Made by a program: the position numbers and the translations under genes. From NCBI RefSeq assembly GCF_025526975.1, contig NW_026515677.1:682001-746000 (forward strand): a stretch of 64,000 nt of DNA, in the 5' to 3' direction. This document shows, piece by piece, positions 25,450-38,760 of the stretch (positions are counted from its first letter, which is position 1; every line of letters begins with the position of its first letter). The stretch comes from Fimicolochytrium jonesii. Its lineage: Eukaryota. Under the pieces are notes generated by a model, which saw only the letters and a list, made by a program, of their open reading frames with translations, ran no database searches and was not told the origin of the DNA.

Positions 25450-28400
25450 CCAGCATTAGAGGGCGACCATTCACATGCATTGTGAACCCATTGCATGTGA
25501 AGTGTTACTTCCTGCAACACATCCTTGGAATTGTTGGTCAAGAGTCAAGACATGTGAGGGACGTCGACGACGACCATGGTTCAGCGCATCCATTGTTCAA
25601 GGCTTAATCCAAAACCTGTCTCTGATTCCACACCCACGGCTCAAGCCGTCCATCGTCGAAGACGATCCCCACCGTCTTACCCCACACTCCGTTGACCGTG
25701 ACCATCGACTTTTGGTGCAAGACCCATGCCCGGCGTCGCCGGCAGGTCCGGCTGCATGCGCATGGGAAAACGGCACATGCATGGCAATGAACGTTGTTGA
25801 GTCCGTCCAGAGCATGTCATTGCGACGTCGTTTCTCACCAAAAACCATTTGCGCGGAAGGTGGATCCGTCCTTCGTTATCATGGAAATCTCAGCGTGCTC
25901 AGCATGGGAGGTTATCTGCAGCAGGAATCCTGTGGGTGACCGTGTCCTCAGCTGATGTCTGTACGTAGGAGGTTGCTTCCGCTCTCGCTTCCAGATGTCG
26001 GCTCACCTCCCCCACATCTTGCGTTGCAAAACACTGCGACTCGCGAGCACCGCGCAAAACAAGTCAAAAGCAACAGGCCACCCTCCCATACTCCAATGAC
26101 CAATCTCTCGTGAAAAATTGTTGGTTGAGAATATGGACGCCGCCGCCGGGCGCCTCCGAAAAGATCCTTCCACTGCTGATACGCATCAATCAATCAATCG
26201 GAGCTCCGCCCGCCGCCGCAACAAATTGTGGCATGTTTGACTCATTCGCCACACGTGCATGCCACCTGTCAATTTGAAGGAGAAACGGAGGGGGTTGGAG
26301 ACCTGGTTGCTGGATCGTTCGGATACTGCGCACCGTGGGACTGTCGCGTGGATTCCGAAAGTCCGAATGCGTTTTATTCGCTTTGTTGACAAGTCACGTG
26401 CAGCTGCATGCCGAGTTGTTTTGTACGCATCCTTTTTCATAAGCGGCAAACCTCACGCGTTTTCGACGCGTTTTTGGCACACCAGCAACTTTTTGACGAC
26501 GTTTCTCGTCAAACTCGGAAAGCACTCTCAGAACCTTCACCCAGTTCGCCCCTTCCTCAGCTGAATTCTAAAGTCACTCCTCACAGCGTTTCGTTGTTCG
26601 TCGTCAGCATGGAAAGGACAATATGAGGCGCGGTATATATTGAGCTACCCACTGTGCAATGCATCTTCCAATTAAGCATTTCTAAAGGACGTGTCGGGGG
26701 ACGAGACGATGGGGCTTTCAACGTCTATTTCGGTTGCTGGACAGTGAAAGTTGCAGGGAGTGAAGGGAAGAAGAATAAACCTGTGGCTGATTGTGCTTGC
26801 TCTTGTAACATACCTTGCTGACGGACAGCAACCCTTCCTTGAGGCTGCAAGGCCCTTTCCGTATCTTATCCACGTATTCTTGGAGCTGACATTGCCCAAC
26901 GGTCCCGTTATCCATCCTCGTCAATAACAAACGTGAAATGGTTCATGTTAGTGTGTGCCTACGGAGACTATCCTCGACATGCCCCTACTCCATCGTTGCA
27001 TTGGGGATGTCCTCCCACCCAAGGGTTTGTATCTCTGCTGCGGGCATCAGTCGATGTCCACCTATTCCAGGACTTTCTTCGTCTTCCGCAGCCTTAGTAG
27101 AATCCGCCAAAGCGGCCATAGGCCTCCTCCACAACCATCCGTGAGACAGCGCATTGCTGCCTCTCCGTTACCGGATTTCGCACACCGCAGAGGGGTAGCA
27201 GCGCTTTCTCTCTCCGCAACATTGTCCGTACTCGAAAAGGCTGCTATTCGTCGATGCGTCTATTCAGGGATACTTCTGATCGTGCATCCCCGCCCGTAGA
27301 CGCACTCCCCACGCTTTGTAGACCGTGTGCGGGAGAAACCTGGTTTACTGGCATGTGGCCATTGGGTCTCTCCAGCGTGGCTCGCAGATTTGAGCTAAGC
27401 CCGCGAAAACGGCGCAGTGCTTCGTTTTCCTGAGCTTTGGGGCGCGACATGCTCGCCTCCCTTTTCCTAATGATTGCCGTTCCAAGCGGGGTAGTAAATG
27501 ACCCCCGTACCTCGGTAACATCTTGTCCACATCGTTATAACCCAATCATGCTTCCCTCATGTGTCGCAGAAGTTCCGTCTCGTCCGACGCATCCACGCAC
27601 AAACCGCCGTCGTTCTTCAGTATCATCTCGCGCCAGCTTTCGAGGCAGCAGAGCAGGTTTTTTCCAACCCAGCCATTTTGTCGCCCCGTCTCATAGTCTT
27701 CGATTGGCTCGCGCTTTGTTGGCCGTCACACAACGATACCGGGATCTGAACGGAAAAAGGGAGCGGCACGAAGTTGGCTGGAGGAGTGAACGCGGTCATG
27801 GCGACAAGGAAGCCCAAGCGCTTGTCTGAACATTGCCTATGGTGGTTTTCCTCCAAGCCACAGTGGTTGGTGCAGCACCAATATGCACCAGCCGGTAAAA
27901 GTGGTCGTAAACTTGTTCGACATCGTCGACCCCCACTGCCGCACGGACATTCTTCCAAATTCACTATGTGAGCTCTATAGAAGAGCTTGGGCTTTCAGAA
28001 CAGAGGAAAATTTCTGTCCTGTCCGAGAGGGACAGCGTATGGCGGAGCGCTCGATATGCTGTCAAAAGGTTTGGCCACCTGTGAACCGGCGGTGCAACGG
28101 TTTCGTCGGGACAGCTATAGCCCCCGCTATCTTCTCCGCGCAGATGAACTCTACCGCGCAAAGCTGTCCTCGTTGTCTTCCGGACGAACAGAAACATGAC
28201 ACGGCCTGGTCGCGAGCTCACTTCGCTGCGGTTCGAGAAACTTTTTCAGTCTATTCTTCAACGCACCCGGGGGTTCATTTGCGTTGACGACAACAGGAAG
28301 AAAAACCACCTCATTGCTGGTCTCTTGCAGGCTAGATCACTTGCATCAGGCAATCATGCGATCCTTGCGGCGTACTTCGTGGTGCACGAATCTCCTTCGC

Positions 28401-29360
28401 ATTTCCCAAATCAATCCGGACATCCCGGAGACGGTCAGGCCTCTGTCCCCCAGTCCTTGTTGTTCCCTCAGACGACGGCAGTTTATCTCGTGGAATTTGG
28501 CATCCTTCATCTGTATACGTTCTCCCGGCGCGAATTGCGTCCACGTCCCGCCGGCGCTGAGTTCACGCGCTCCGCCTTTTTTCGCGTGTTTCAGCCAAAC
28601 TGTGTCGCAGAAGGGATATTTGGTTCGCTGGCCCCAAACGTTCTCCCGTTTTCGATGGCATACCGCTTCATCGTCATGTGACCAATCGTATCTTGGGGAC
28701 TGTCCAATGTCCCGTCGGGCGCATCCAAGTGTTTCTCAATCAGTTTTTGAGCAACCCAATTTGGCGGTGTTGGGGTGTGGTCGCGGTTTGCGGCCCGGTT
28801 TCCTCGACCCACATCGTGTCGCCGGCCTACAGGCAGTTGGAACAACGAAACATGTGGCGGACGCGCGCGCGGCTTTTCCAGTGAATTCCGTTTCATGTAC
28901 ATATGTCGCGTTACAGAAGGCACATGCATGCACTCGGCAATATGGCGTTCAAACTCTCCATGCCCGACATCCATCTCGCATTTGCGCCTGTCCTGGCGTC
29001 GTGGTCGGTTCAGTAGTAGCGAGTTATACCGGCGTGACGACACCCCAGAAACATATGTTTCTCTTCCTCGCTGCACAGAAGCGTTAGGTGAGGTGGGACA
29101 CCAGCCCGATAGAACCACCGCTCCGATTACGATGCGAATCGTTAGCTGCTGTTTGGGAGCAAAAAACCTGCGGGTGGAATCTCTCGATCGGTATAAGTAA
29201 GCAACTTCGGTGCGTCAGGTATCGTACATAGTTTTCCGTCACGGCCTTCGCCAACGTTTTGTGGAGCGAACAAGTCTCCCCAGCCCGACAATCTCGCGCC
29301 GCTTCAGTTATATCCCACGCCATCTTCTTCCGTATATAAGCGCCGATGTTTTCGCTCAAA
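25450..29360 (-). mobile_element. Highly decayed Mutator/MULE-like DNA transposon relic (transposase, SWIM-like finger, Ulp1-like protease)
   Basis: Frameshifted fragments in the expected order: DST...QL (about 29180), MDVGHGE-LNAILPSA..FC..H (about 28900-28980), CPC...C (about 27930), then IDAY...VHILNQQFF and FIAMHVP...GH(W)VL...FDD (25650-26200). No terminal inverted repeats were found. Confidence 0.45.
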
Positions 29361-30190
29361 ATAACGCACTACGACGTGATCAAGCACCAGCCTCTCAATG
29401 AAATGTCATATTACGTCCGATAGGAAGTTCCGGATGATAATGTGGTCGGGAGACTCGCTCGTCTACGTCCAGAGATCCTTTCTCCAAACGGCTGGAATGA
29501 TTTTCGGAACGTGACCTTCTCCCTCTTCCCTCATTCCAGAATCAGTGTGTCCGAAAGCCGTCGTTGGATGAACTGGCATGGGCCCAACGAGGCAGGCGGG
29601 TGGGTGATATATAGATCCGGATGCAAGGGGGTCCTTTGGCGAGATTGGGGCCAGTTCCGAACTTGTAGATTATATCTTGTACCGTACCTTTACGTTGTGC
29701 GGGGTTGTGGGATCTTTGAGAGCAGGGGACAAGTCCTTTAACGCGTCGTTCGGCCTTGCTGGCATCTGTGTTGGCCTCACGTCAACTCCAAGGTCCCCTT
29801 GGTCCCTCCACATCTCCCAGCGCCGGCACGAGACAACCGTCCCAGAGCTCATCCACCTCTCCATTCCCGAAATCTGACCCAAAATCGAGATTCAAGAAAA
29901 AGCATCCCCAATCCCACCGGCCAAGTCCATAACCCAAAAATGTTCGAAAAAAAATGACATGACATTTAACCCAAACGTTGTTTCAACAAGTGACTGTACA
30001 CTTCACATATAGTGGGTGGGTGTGAGGGGGGTGAACAAGACAAAAGGAGAGCTACTAAAGGTCCTCTAATGAATCCCCGCGGGGTATGTACATTGTACAT
30101 GTAGACCGTTCGATATGTGTATTTCCGACGAGCCGAGTGAGGGAGAATCGCTCGTCTGAGCATGGATGGATGAGTATTCGTGTGAGTTCT

Positions 30191-30993
30191 TCATTTGGGA
30201 GTCGTCGGGTCCTCATCTTTGGCGGCCTGGGAGAACTGGCTTGCGAGGGATTTTGGTTTGATTCTGGAAATGACGGAGAAAAGAAGGGTGACAGTGATGA
30301 TTAGTACGAGCAGGTTGATATCACCAACCCCAGTAGTTCGTCCGTCGGTGATGCTGGATCCAACGGTGTATATGATGGCATCCTTATCGCCAGGGCTCGC
30401 GAAGGAAGTACTTGGCGGGAGCCTCAATGACCGCATTCCTTCAAGTTTCTTCAACCGCTTCCGACTCAACTCATATACGACTTCGTTTCCGAGGCGCAAC
30501 CACCGCAACATATCCTTTCAAGCTCGTGTTCCCCTTCCTCAAAATGACCCGCCATCCTCAGCAATCTCACACCCAACGACCCAATACCCCTCGCCCTATC
30601 CCCAAAACGGAATCCTCCCGAACTACAACGTACTTGGTCAACAAGTGGTTCCGCTTCGCCTCAACCTTCTTGGTAGCCGGCGACATGAGGTTATCCGTTG
30701 GGCTTCTGAACTGGCTCCTTGAAATCACAAAACGCATCGCGTGGGAAACTCAGTACAATTCCAAAAGCACCCTTGGCCTCTCTCCCTCTTCAAAACAAGA
30801 TAGCTTCTTTTACATACCCGGACTTCTGGAACTTCCCCAGCGGATGCTTCGCCGAAAACAGCGGTTTCTGAGCAGCGGCGGACTGGTGTTGTTGTTGGTG
30901 GGTTTGGGATGCGTCTGCTTGGGCCTGGGTTGTGGGTTGGTCGGTGGTGGGGGTGGCGTCGAAGAGGGGGTTTGCGTCTGTTCCGGAGAGCAT
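30191..30993 (-). CDS. SPO12: Spo12-family protein, 3 exons
   Basis: The spliced product contains FRSPTDNLMSPATKKV...KIKPKSL, matching the Spo12 SPTD..mSP...K motif. Confidence 0.75.
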
Positions 30994-31447
30994 TGTTGTA
31001 GGATGTTGTGGGTGAGCGTGCGAGTGGGTTGTGTGTTGAGTGCGGGCGGTGAGAATGTAGATCGGGTGCGAGATGGGTGGGTGTTGGTGGTTGTTGTTGT
31101 GCGGAAGTCTGGGCAGTGTGAGATCGGACTTGTTCCCGCTTTCCCGCTTGCACAGAGAGACGCGCGCGTGAGAGGGCGCTCATTCTTGTCCGAAGCACAT
31201 CCATCCCTCGTTCTGCTGGAACGACAACATCCATACTGCATACATACATCAGGCCTATAGATCACATTATATAAACACGCCTTACAGTCTCTCTCAGAGC
31301 GCTATCCTGCATTCTGAAAGTCTGATGTCCTGGTATATCGTTCAAGTAATGCAATGTGAAAGCAGGCTCTCCGCCAGCCATCGCCCTCATCCATCCCCCC
31401 CCACATCGCTTCGCTTCTCATCCACGGCCCTGCTAATACCAAAAATA

Positions 31448-32527
31448 CTACATGGTCTCCTCCATAACACTCCTCCACTCTCTAGGAAACAGCACACTCG
31501 CCCCCGTCCTAGCCTTCTGCACAACTCTCAACTCAAACGGCCCCTCCTCAAGCACATCCCGTTCGCGCTCCCAGCTAAACAGCGCGCCGTCCGTGGTCGA
31601 CAGGAACGGGTTGAGTTCAATCACATAGATCTTGCCCGTGTCTGCAATGGCAAAGTCGACGATGCAGTCCGGGAGGGCGCTCTCGATCTTCGGTCGGATT
31701 TTTTCAGTGTAGAATATGCGGATCCGGTCGGCGATGGAGTCCTTTTGATCGAGGAGCCGCGGCGAAAACATGTTATAGTTGTACTGACAGAGTGCATTGA
31801 GCTCACCCTTGCGAACAAACCCACGAAACTCCATATCAGGGTCGATATCCGCCCACTCGCGGACGAGGATACGGGTGTCCCATTGTGCAGGGTCCGGGTA
31901 CTTGAGGGCCAATAACATGTCCTGAAAAATGCGTTCTGAGACGACAAAGGAGTGCAGGGCTGCGCGGGGGGTGGGGTAGCAGAGCAGAGCGCGGGAGGCG
32001 GTGAGGAGGGCGGTTATGCGGGTGTTTTCGTCTGGAGGGGAAGTATCACCAGGCTCTCTTGTTTTTTCTAGCGCCGCACGATAGAGCAAGCGGAGCCGGG
32101 CGGGGGCGAGGGCGGAGTCCTTGGCGCTTCGGCTGGACATTTTCATAAACACGCCTGCGGTCGAGCTGTGCGCGGCTTGGATTTCATGGATAAGCTTCTC
32201 AAGCCGTGGTCCAAGCTCCCTCTCCAGCACATCCACGGCCTCAGTCACCGCCGGCGCATCCACATCCCTCCCCGCAGCTTCATACGCGCGATACCCCTCA
32301 ACGAGCACCCTCGCGTTCTCAACAGTGAGGGTCAACGTCACGGTTCGGAAGGTATGCTCACCGAGCGCGGGACCCCAGTTCTCGAAGTTGCAGGAACGGA
32401 CGGTGGTGTTGTAGGACTCGGTTGTGTTTTCGATGACGGTGGAGTCGAAGCGGGGGGCGGAGGCGTCGTGCGCTGGCACGGAGGATTTGCGGAGCTTCAT
32501 GGATTGGAGGGCGGATGGGGTAGCCAT
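31448..32527 (-). CDS. Cdc123-like (R2K clade) ATP-grasp protein, intronless
   Basis: FMKMSSRSAKDS, EFRGFV...LNALCQY and VDFA...YVIELNPF..TDGALFSW. Confidence 0.8.
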   Translation of the reverse strand: MATPSALQSMKLRKSSVPAHDASAPRFDSTVIENTTESYNTTVRSCNFENWGPALGEHTFRTVTLTLTVENARVLVEGYRAYEAAGRDVDAPAVTEAVDVLERELGPRLEKLIHEIQAAHSSTAGVFMKMSSRSAKDSALAPARLRLLYRAALEKTREPGDTSPPDENTRITALLTASRALLCYPTPRAALHSFVVSERIFQDMLLALKYPDPAQWDTRILVREWADIDPDMEFRGFVRKGELNALCQYNYNMFSPRLLDQKDSIADRIRIFYTEKIRPKIESALPDCIVDFAIADTGKIYVIELNPFLSTTDGALFSWERERDVLEEGPFELRVVQKARTGASVLFPREWRSVMEETM

Positions 32528-33050
32528 TGTGGGGAGATAGAGATGCCGGAAGCTTGCCTACCGGACATGTACAGTATCCTATGCATTGTCCATATACAGC
32601 ATATCTTTATGTGATGGCAGCTTGGTCGCCCGACCGACAGCACCTGTCAAAGAGTCGTGACGCTAACCCTAACCCCTCTCTTGCCTTCCCCTTTCCCAAG
32701 CCGCTCCCAAATGTCAACCCCCACGGAATGGCTTTGTTGACACAGACACATTCCCGCCACCTTGCATACGTACGAGAAGCCGTAGTACTTCGACGACAAG
32801 TCTGTGGAAACACCGCCCTTGTAACTATCGTGCACGCAGAGCTACTTCCGGGATTTATAGACCCCCTCAACTGAACGAAGAGTCCGCGCGAGCGAAACGA
32901 TTTCGAGGGACCGCTTTTGGATAGAACATCTCTCGATTGTAGCGGGGAAGCGGAGAGGAGTTACGGAACTACCGGACGTACTTGGAGATTGTTAGTAGGA
33001 ACGCTTTCGACCTGGGGATTCCCTTACGTGACAAATCAGCATAGGAGCAG

Positions 33051-34394
33051 ATGGCGGAGAATGGCAAGGCGGCTGGGTCGCCACCTGGCGGAGTAGGTGT
33101 AGGGACTGGACGAGGAGGAGGGGCCGAAGCAGTGGCGCGGCCGGCGGCAGGGTCTGAAGCCGGGTCAGGACCGGCAGTGAAGCCAGCACCGCCTGCTCAA
33201 GCAGGGCAGGCTTCACCACCAGGAGGAGGAGGAGCACGAGCCGGAGTCCAGATCCAAGCGGCAGCAGCAGCAGCCGCCGCATCAGCAGCAAACAAAGCCG
33301 TAACAGCGCTCGCAAACGGCAGCATCGGCAGCGGGGCCCGGCCACCACCCAACCAAGCGCACCTCCACGGCGACGGCCGCATGCACAAAACGTACACCCC
33401 AGACGAACAAGCCGCCATCGCCGCCGAGCTCAAATTCCAGGCCGAGCACGCCGGCCACGAGTCCCAGCATGCCACCATGGGCATGATCCTCCTCGCCACC
33501 CTCGTCGGCTCGCAGATCCTTTTCGCCCTCTGGCGCAAACACCACCTCCGCTCCTTCCAGGCCGCCACCCTCCTCGGCCTGTGGCTTGTTCCTGCCGGAA
33601 TGTCCCTGCAGGGCGGATACACCCGCTTCCTCGTGATATGGGGGATATTCTCCGTCATCAACTCGCTGATTGTCTGGCGCGCCCATGAGACCCCGTTACG
33701 CTCCACGACCCCAAGATGGGTGTATAAATGGTACACCCTCATGTACAACATCTGGTACGCGGTCGGGATGCTCGGGTACATCCTCGTCCTCCTCTCCTTC
33801 GTAAGTCTCGTTTCGTCCCTCTCATTTGGTCTGCAACGATGCTGATACTCCCCTTCTTTCCCGATTTGAATTCACCAGTTCCACGTTCCCCTAATCCTCC
33901 ACCTCGTCCAACAAATCGACCAAGAAGTCCGCGTCTTCGAATTCGGAATCATCACCCTCTTCTACGGCCTCTACTTCGGCACCCTCTCCCGCGATTTCGT
34001 CGCCCGCCTTGCCGACCGCATGGCCCTCACCGTCGGATACTACTCGCGCACCGGTCTCCCCGCAAAACACCTGCGCTCAAACATGTGCGCCATCTGCGGG
34101 GCTTCCACCACGTTCCCCTCGGACCCAACCACCACCCCGCCGTCGGTCCACACGTTGAACTGCGGACATAAGTACCATGAGAGCTGTATAAGAGGCTGGA
34201 CGATCATCGGCAAGAAGGATGTATGTCCGTACTGCAAGGAGAAAGTGGATCTCAAAGACTTTAGACGTAATCCGTGGGATACCACCCAGCAGGTGTATCT
34301 GAACCTGTTGGATGCGTTGCGGTACTTGTTGGTGTGGAACCCGATTGTGTTTCTGGTGATTAATGTGGTGTTTAGGTTGTTTGATTTGAAGTAG
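33051..34394 (+). CDS. RNF121: RNF121/RNF175-like multi-pass membrane RING E3 ligase
   Basis: HAGHESQH, TLLGLWLVP, TPRWVYKWY, YGLYFG, and RING CAIC...CGHKYHESCIRGWTIIGKKDVCPYCKEKVDL. Confidence 0.9.
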
Positions 34395-36881
34395 GCCCTG
34401 TGAGGTGGAACGGGGGCCAGCATCGAAGCTGTCGGCGCCGTCTTTTTTTTGCGGTGTACTTGTATTTATGCATATTTCAAACCGAGTATATATCACGATG
34501 GCGTCTACAACCTTCTTGGGATTATCAAACCCCCTCTATATTACCTGTTGCGTTGGAATTTCAAGAGCGCGGGCCATTCGGGAACCCATAAACTCTCCCA
34601 GGCCCAGACGGGTTTGTGAAATGCGTGCCCACGCCATATCTAATAGCACTTTCGTTCTTAACACGCGACGCACAGGCACGAAGATAGCTTGGCGGCATCA
34701 TGAACTGTCTTTGGCCCGGTTTTGTTTTTTGGACCATTTACGCTACTTGCGTCGTGCGATGCGCACGCATTGCCTCCACATTCCTGTCCGCGCTTCATTG
34801 TCTTAGTGAAAACATACTGTACAGTACAAAATCGCACGAAAATGACAGCGCGACACGGCTTACTCAGCACCGGAACGCGCTTTCCAACTCCCGAAATCCA
34901 ACCCCTTCGCCCCTCGCCACCCCTGTCTGTCTCCTTCCACTTGTATGCATCCCATCCCCCTCTCCTTTTGTGCAGTCCACCCCCGTCCGTCCTCCCGTAC
35001 CAACCTGTCTTTTTCTCCTTTCGCTCATGCCATGTAAATCATCCGGGCGGGGGGGATACGGAGATAGTTCGGTCAACTTCGCCTACTTCTCCCATAGGTA
35101 GGGTGAACTAAGAGTAGGTAGGTGTTTCCTCACCCTGCTTCTGTGCGCGGCTAATAAAATCTGCGCGGCAGGCATCCAGCTCGTTGAGCCCGAACGAATA
35201 TTCTTTCAGCGAGCAGCATGCAGGTCCGCCAAGGGCAGCGTTCCACCCGGCTTTTGTATGAGCATGAGCGGAACGGGCGGTGAGGTGAACGCACGGGGAT
35301 GTGCACAGATGAAGGAGGGAGGACAGAGGCGTGCGGCGAGGAAAAGGAACGGGGAGAGCTTTGGACTTTCACAGTGTTTGGTTTTGCGCTAACACAACTC
35401 CGTTTGTTTTTTCCCTCGGACTCGCAACGCCGGTGTCATTTTCTTTCACCATCCCCATCTCCTGTCCTTTCGCGCATCCGTCTCGCAGGCGAAGTGAGAT
35501 ACCCATAAGTCGAGTCCAAAAAACGATTTTCACATCTGACCGGACGTGGGTCTTGTTATCTCGCAAAACGGAAGCAGAACAAAAAATTACTGCAGAGAAA
35601 CATGCGAGTAGAGGATCCTTCTCTTACGACCTGGACGGGGTGTGGTGCAGTCCTGGCTTTGTCTCTGCTCACCCCCGGCGTTGAAGGTGCATGTCCCACA
35701 TCATAGCTCCATCACTGAACCACCATGGTCCGAAATAGTTCGCCCCTTTTCTTGCAGCCCACGGCGATCTGCCATGAACCCCGCACGGGTACTTCATCAA
35801 ACACCAGCTCCAGCAGGCGGGTACAAAGTGCTGCTCGCGCAACGCCGCGGGGATCATGCAGACGGGCCTGGAGGCGCGCGCGATACACCAAGCTGCTCCA
35901 ATGGGGCCTCCAAGACCATCGCAGTTGGGACATGCCCCGCCTCAAAAAGCCGTACGCGGCATTGCAGAACACGACCTGCGTGCAGATGCCCCGAGCCACC
36001 AGAGGCCCCTTTTGGATCTCCAACGAGGCTCATCCGGCGGAAGCCTCACCGACGCGCAACCGGGTATCCCGCTGCGGCTGGACATTGGGGTTATTGACGT
36101 CGATACCTGCCCGTCGATCCCGAATGCGCCGGTGCTGTGAGCATGCGAATGCGACGGGGGTACTATTCGGGCTAAAAGGGGTGGGGAGTGGGGCGGGGCG
36201 AGTTATCGGGGCGGCGCGGGATGCTAAGAATCTCGGGAGGAGGGGTGTGGCCCGACGAATGTGAATGGGGCTGGTGGAGTTTTCGACTTGTTCGACCACC
36301 CTTTCAAGAATGCCCGCTTGCTGTCAATCGGCGTGCACACTGTCAGTGGGGGAAACGACGCGTCTGATTGGCTGTAATCACCCGCTGCGCCACGCGAAGT
36401 GGAATGGTCAACCTGCGTCCATCTCCGACTCAGGACTGCGAGCGGCCGTCTTTCCGCCGGCTCCTTCCCTTCATCCCATCCATGAACCCCCGTTGTTGGG
36501 TGTGCAAAAGATATCCACCGCTGCCTCTGTCGTTGTCGTAGAAGTGCTGTTGTGCTATCGGGTGGATGCGACGGATTGAAATCAAGGTGATAGGGAACAC
36601 AGAGTGTGAGATATCCGGAGCGCGTCCCGGTGGCTTTCCATCTTCTCCGCACGGCTTGTTTGCTGCTGCATTCGGACAGCCGCAACTGTCTGCAAATTAT
36701 ATATAGGAGCGACTCCCCTTCTCCCGTCGTTCTCAAAAACCAAAGGATTACATAGCGTCGTATCAGTGTTGTGATTGATACCTGCTGGTGCTGTCAAGAC
36801 TCGCTCCCCCTTGTGTCGGCGACCCAAAAAGGAAGCTTTCACTCCCTTTCTGAGCCCTTCCTCCGTCCGCGAAACACAACC

Positions 36882-38760
36882 ATGGCAAACCCCGACGCAC
36901 CGCTAGGCGCAGCCGCCGCCGGGCCGTCGACAGTGTTGGACGTCGTGGAACCTCCCTCGCCGTCCGCTCCGAGTCCGCAACACGAAAAAAAGAAGTTCCT
37001 ACGTCTGTTTGCCCTCGCCGATGGCGTATCGCATACGAGTTTCGCAGTGTACCTCCTAGCCGCCATGATGGGGATCTGTTTGTTTGTTTTCATCAACGCC
37101 TCGCAGGTAACACTTGCCCGCGTGGCACATATTCTCCGCTATCCCAATCTAACAACATCTCCACCCTCCCAGGGCTTCGTCCTCAGCCAAATCCTCCATC
37201 TCCCCTCCAGCACCCTCGGCAACGCCACCGGCACCCTCACATTCTCCGACGAGCTCCTCTCCCTCCCGCTCGTCCTCCTCTGGGGTCTCTTATCCGACCG
37301 CGTCGGCCGGCGCACCGTCTACGGCCTCGGGTTCGCATTCATGTCCGTCGGGCTCGCGCTTTTCACCTACGCGCGGGACCTCTACCCCGACCTCCTCCTC
37401 TACCGACTGGTGTTTGCGGTGGGTGGGGCGGCGGGCAGCAGTATGATGACGGCGGTGTTGGCGGATTATGCGGCGGATGAGGATAGGGGGAAGGTCAGCG
37501 GGCTTGTGGGGCTGTTGAGTGGGGTTGGGGCGCTGGTGGCGTTGTTTGGGTTTTTGAGGGTGCCGGCGGGGTTTGGGGACGGGGAGAGGGGGTTGAGGGT
37601 TACGTATTGGATTGTGGCGGGGGTTGCGGGCGCGTTTGCGGGGGGTTTGTGGGTTTTCTTGAGGGGTGGGGTTGGGCATGGCGCGAAGGACGACGTTGCG
37701 GAGCGACGAGAGGAGGGACCACCCGTTTCGCCGCAGAGAAGCGAGAACTCGTTGACGTCGGATACGGACCGACCGTTGCTGTCGCAGACGCCGGCGCCGG
37801 ATATGCAGCGGAAGAAAAGTGTGTGGCAGCTGGCAAAGGAAGGCGTTCTGGCCGCTCGCGACTCGCGCATATTACTGGTACGTATCACACCGCCCTACTT
37901 TCCCCCACCCTTCTCCTCCCACCCCCTACTCTTCTGATTCCCACCGTCCACAGGGCTACGCAGGCAGTTTCCTCGCCCGCGGCGACACCATCATCCTCAC
38001 CCTCTTCCTCCCCCTCTGGGTCTACAAACACTACCTCGACACCGATCTCTGCCTCCCCACCCCTTCCAGCCCCTCCGACCCCCCCTTCGACCCGCACGAC
38101 CCAGACCTCAAACTCCACTGCCGCCCCGCCTACCTCAAATCCTCCGCCCTCTCCGGCATCGCCCAAACACTCGCCCTCCTCGGCGCCCCCTTGTTCGGCA
38201 CACTCTCCGACACACTCTACCGCCCCATCCCGCTCCTCCTCTCCGGGCTGCTCGGCCTCCTCGGCTATGGGTTGCTGGTCCTCCCCGCCATCACCCCGAC
38301 ATCCGCCATCGCGTATATCCCGATGCTGATGATCGGTCTAGCGGAGATCGGGGTCGTGGTGGGGTCGTTGGCGTTGGTCACGGCGACCGCGTATGTGCCG
38401 CGGGATGTGAGGGGCTCCGTGGCGGGTGTGTCGAGTTTTTGTGGGGCGGTGGGGATTTTGGTGAATACGAAGCTGAGCGGGGTGTTGTTTGATGGGTGGA
38501 GTTCGAGGGCGCCGTTTGTGGTTATGGCAGTTGCGCATGTGCTCTTTGTCGGGGTTGCGGGGTGGGTTGTTGGGAGAGATTGGTGGGAGGCAAGGGGGCA
38601 CGTGCGGCGGAGGGATGAGGGTGTTCTTGGGGGCGATGGGCATGTTGATGAGCGGACGCAGGATGTCCCGAGGGATGCTGCCGGTTCAGGACCCCCAGCT
38701 TCTGTCATGGCAATCATGAAACATAGGTTCAACACCCGGCCGATGCAAAAGAAGCAGTAA
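36882..38760 (+). CDS. Major facilitator superfamily transporter, 3 exons
   Basis: MFS motif A (WGLLSDRVGRR) and a second-half copy (FGTLSDTLYR), with many hydrophobic helices. Confidence 0.9.

Noticed and set aside
25120..29972. Terminal inverted repeats for the Mutator-like relic
   Set aside because: Only a weak ~23-nt resemblance between about 25130 and 29790 was found, with no clear ends or target duplication.
30265..30633. Long second intron of the Spo12-family gene as a snoRNA host
   Set aside because: It is oversized, but only one short hairpin was seen and no convincing C/D or H/ACA box arrangement.
35640..36580. Overlapping ORFs between the RNF121-like and MFS genes
   Set aside because: No recognisable motif. 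This could be a decayed gene, but the sequence alone does not support it.
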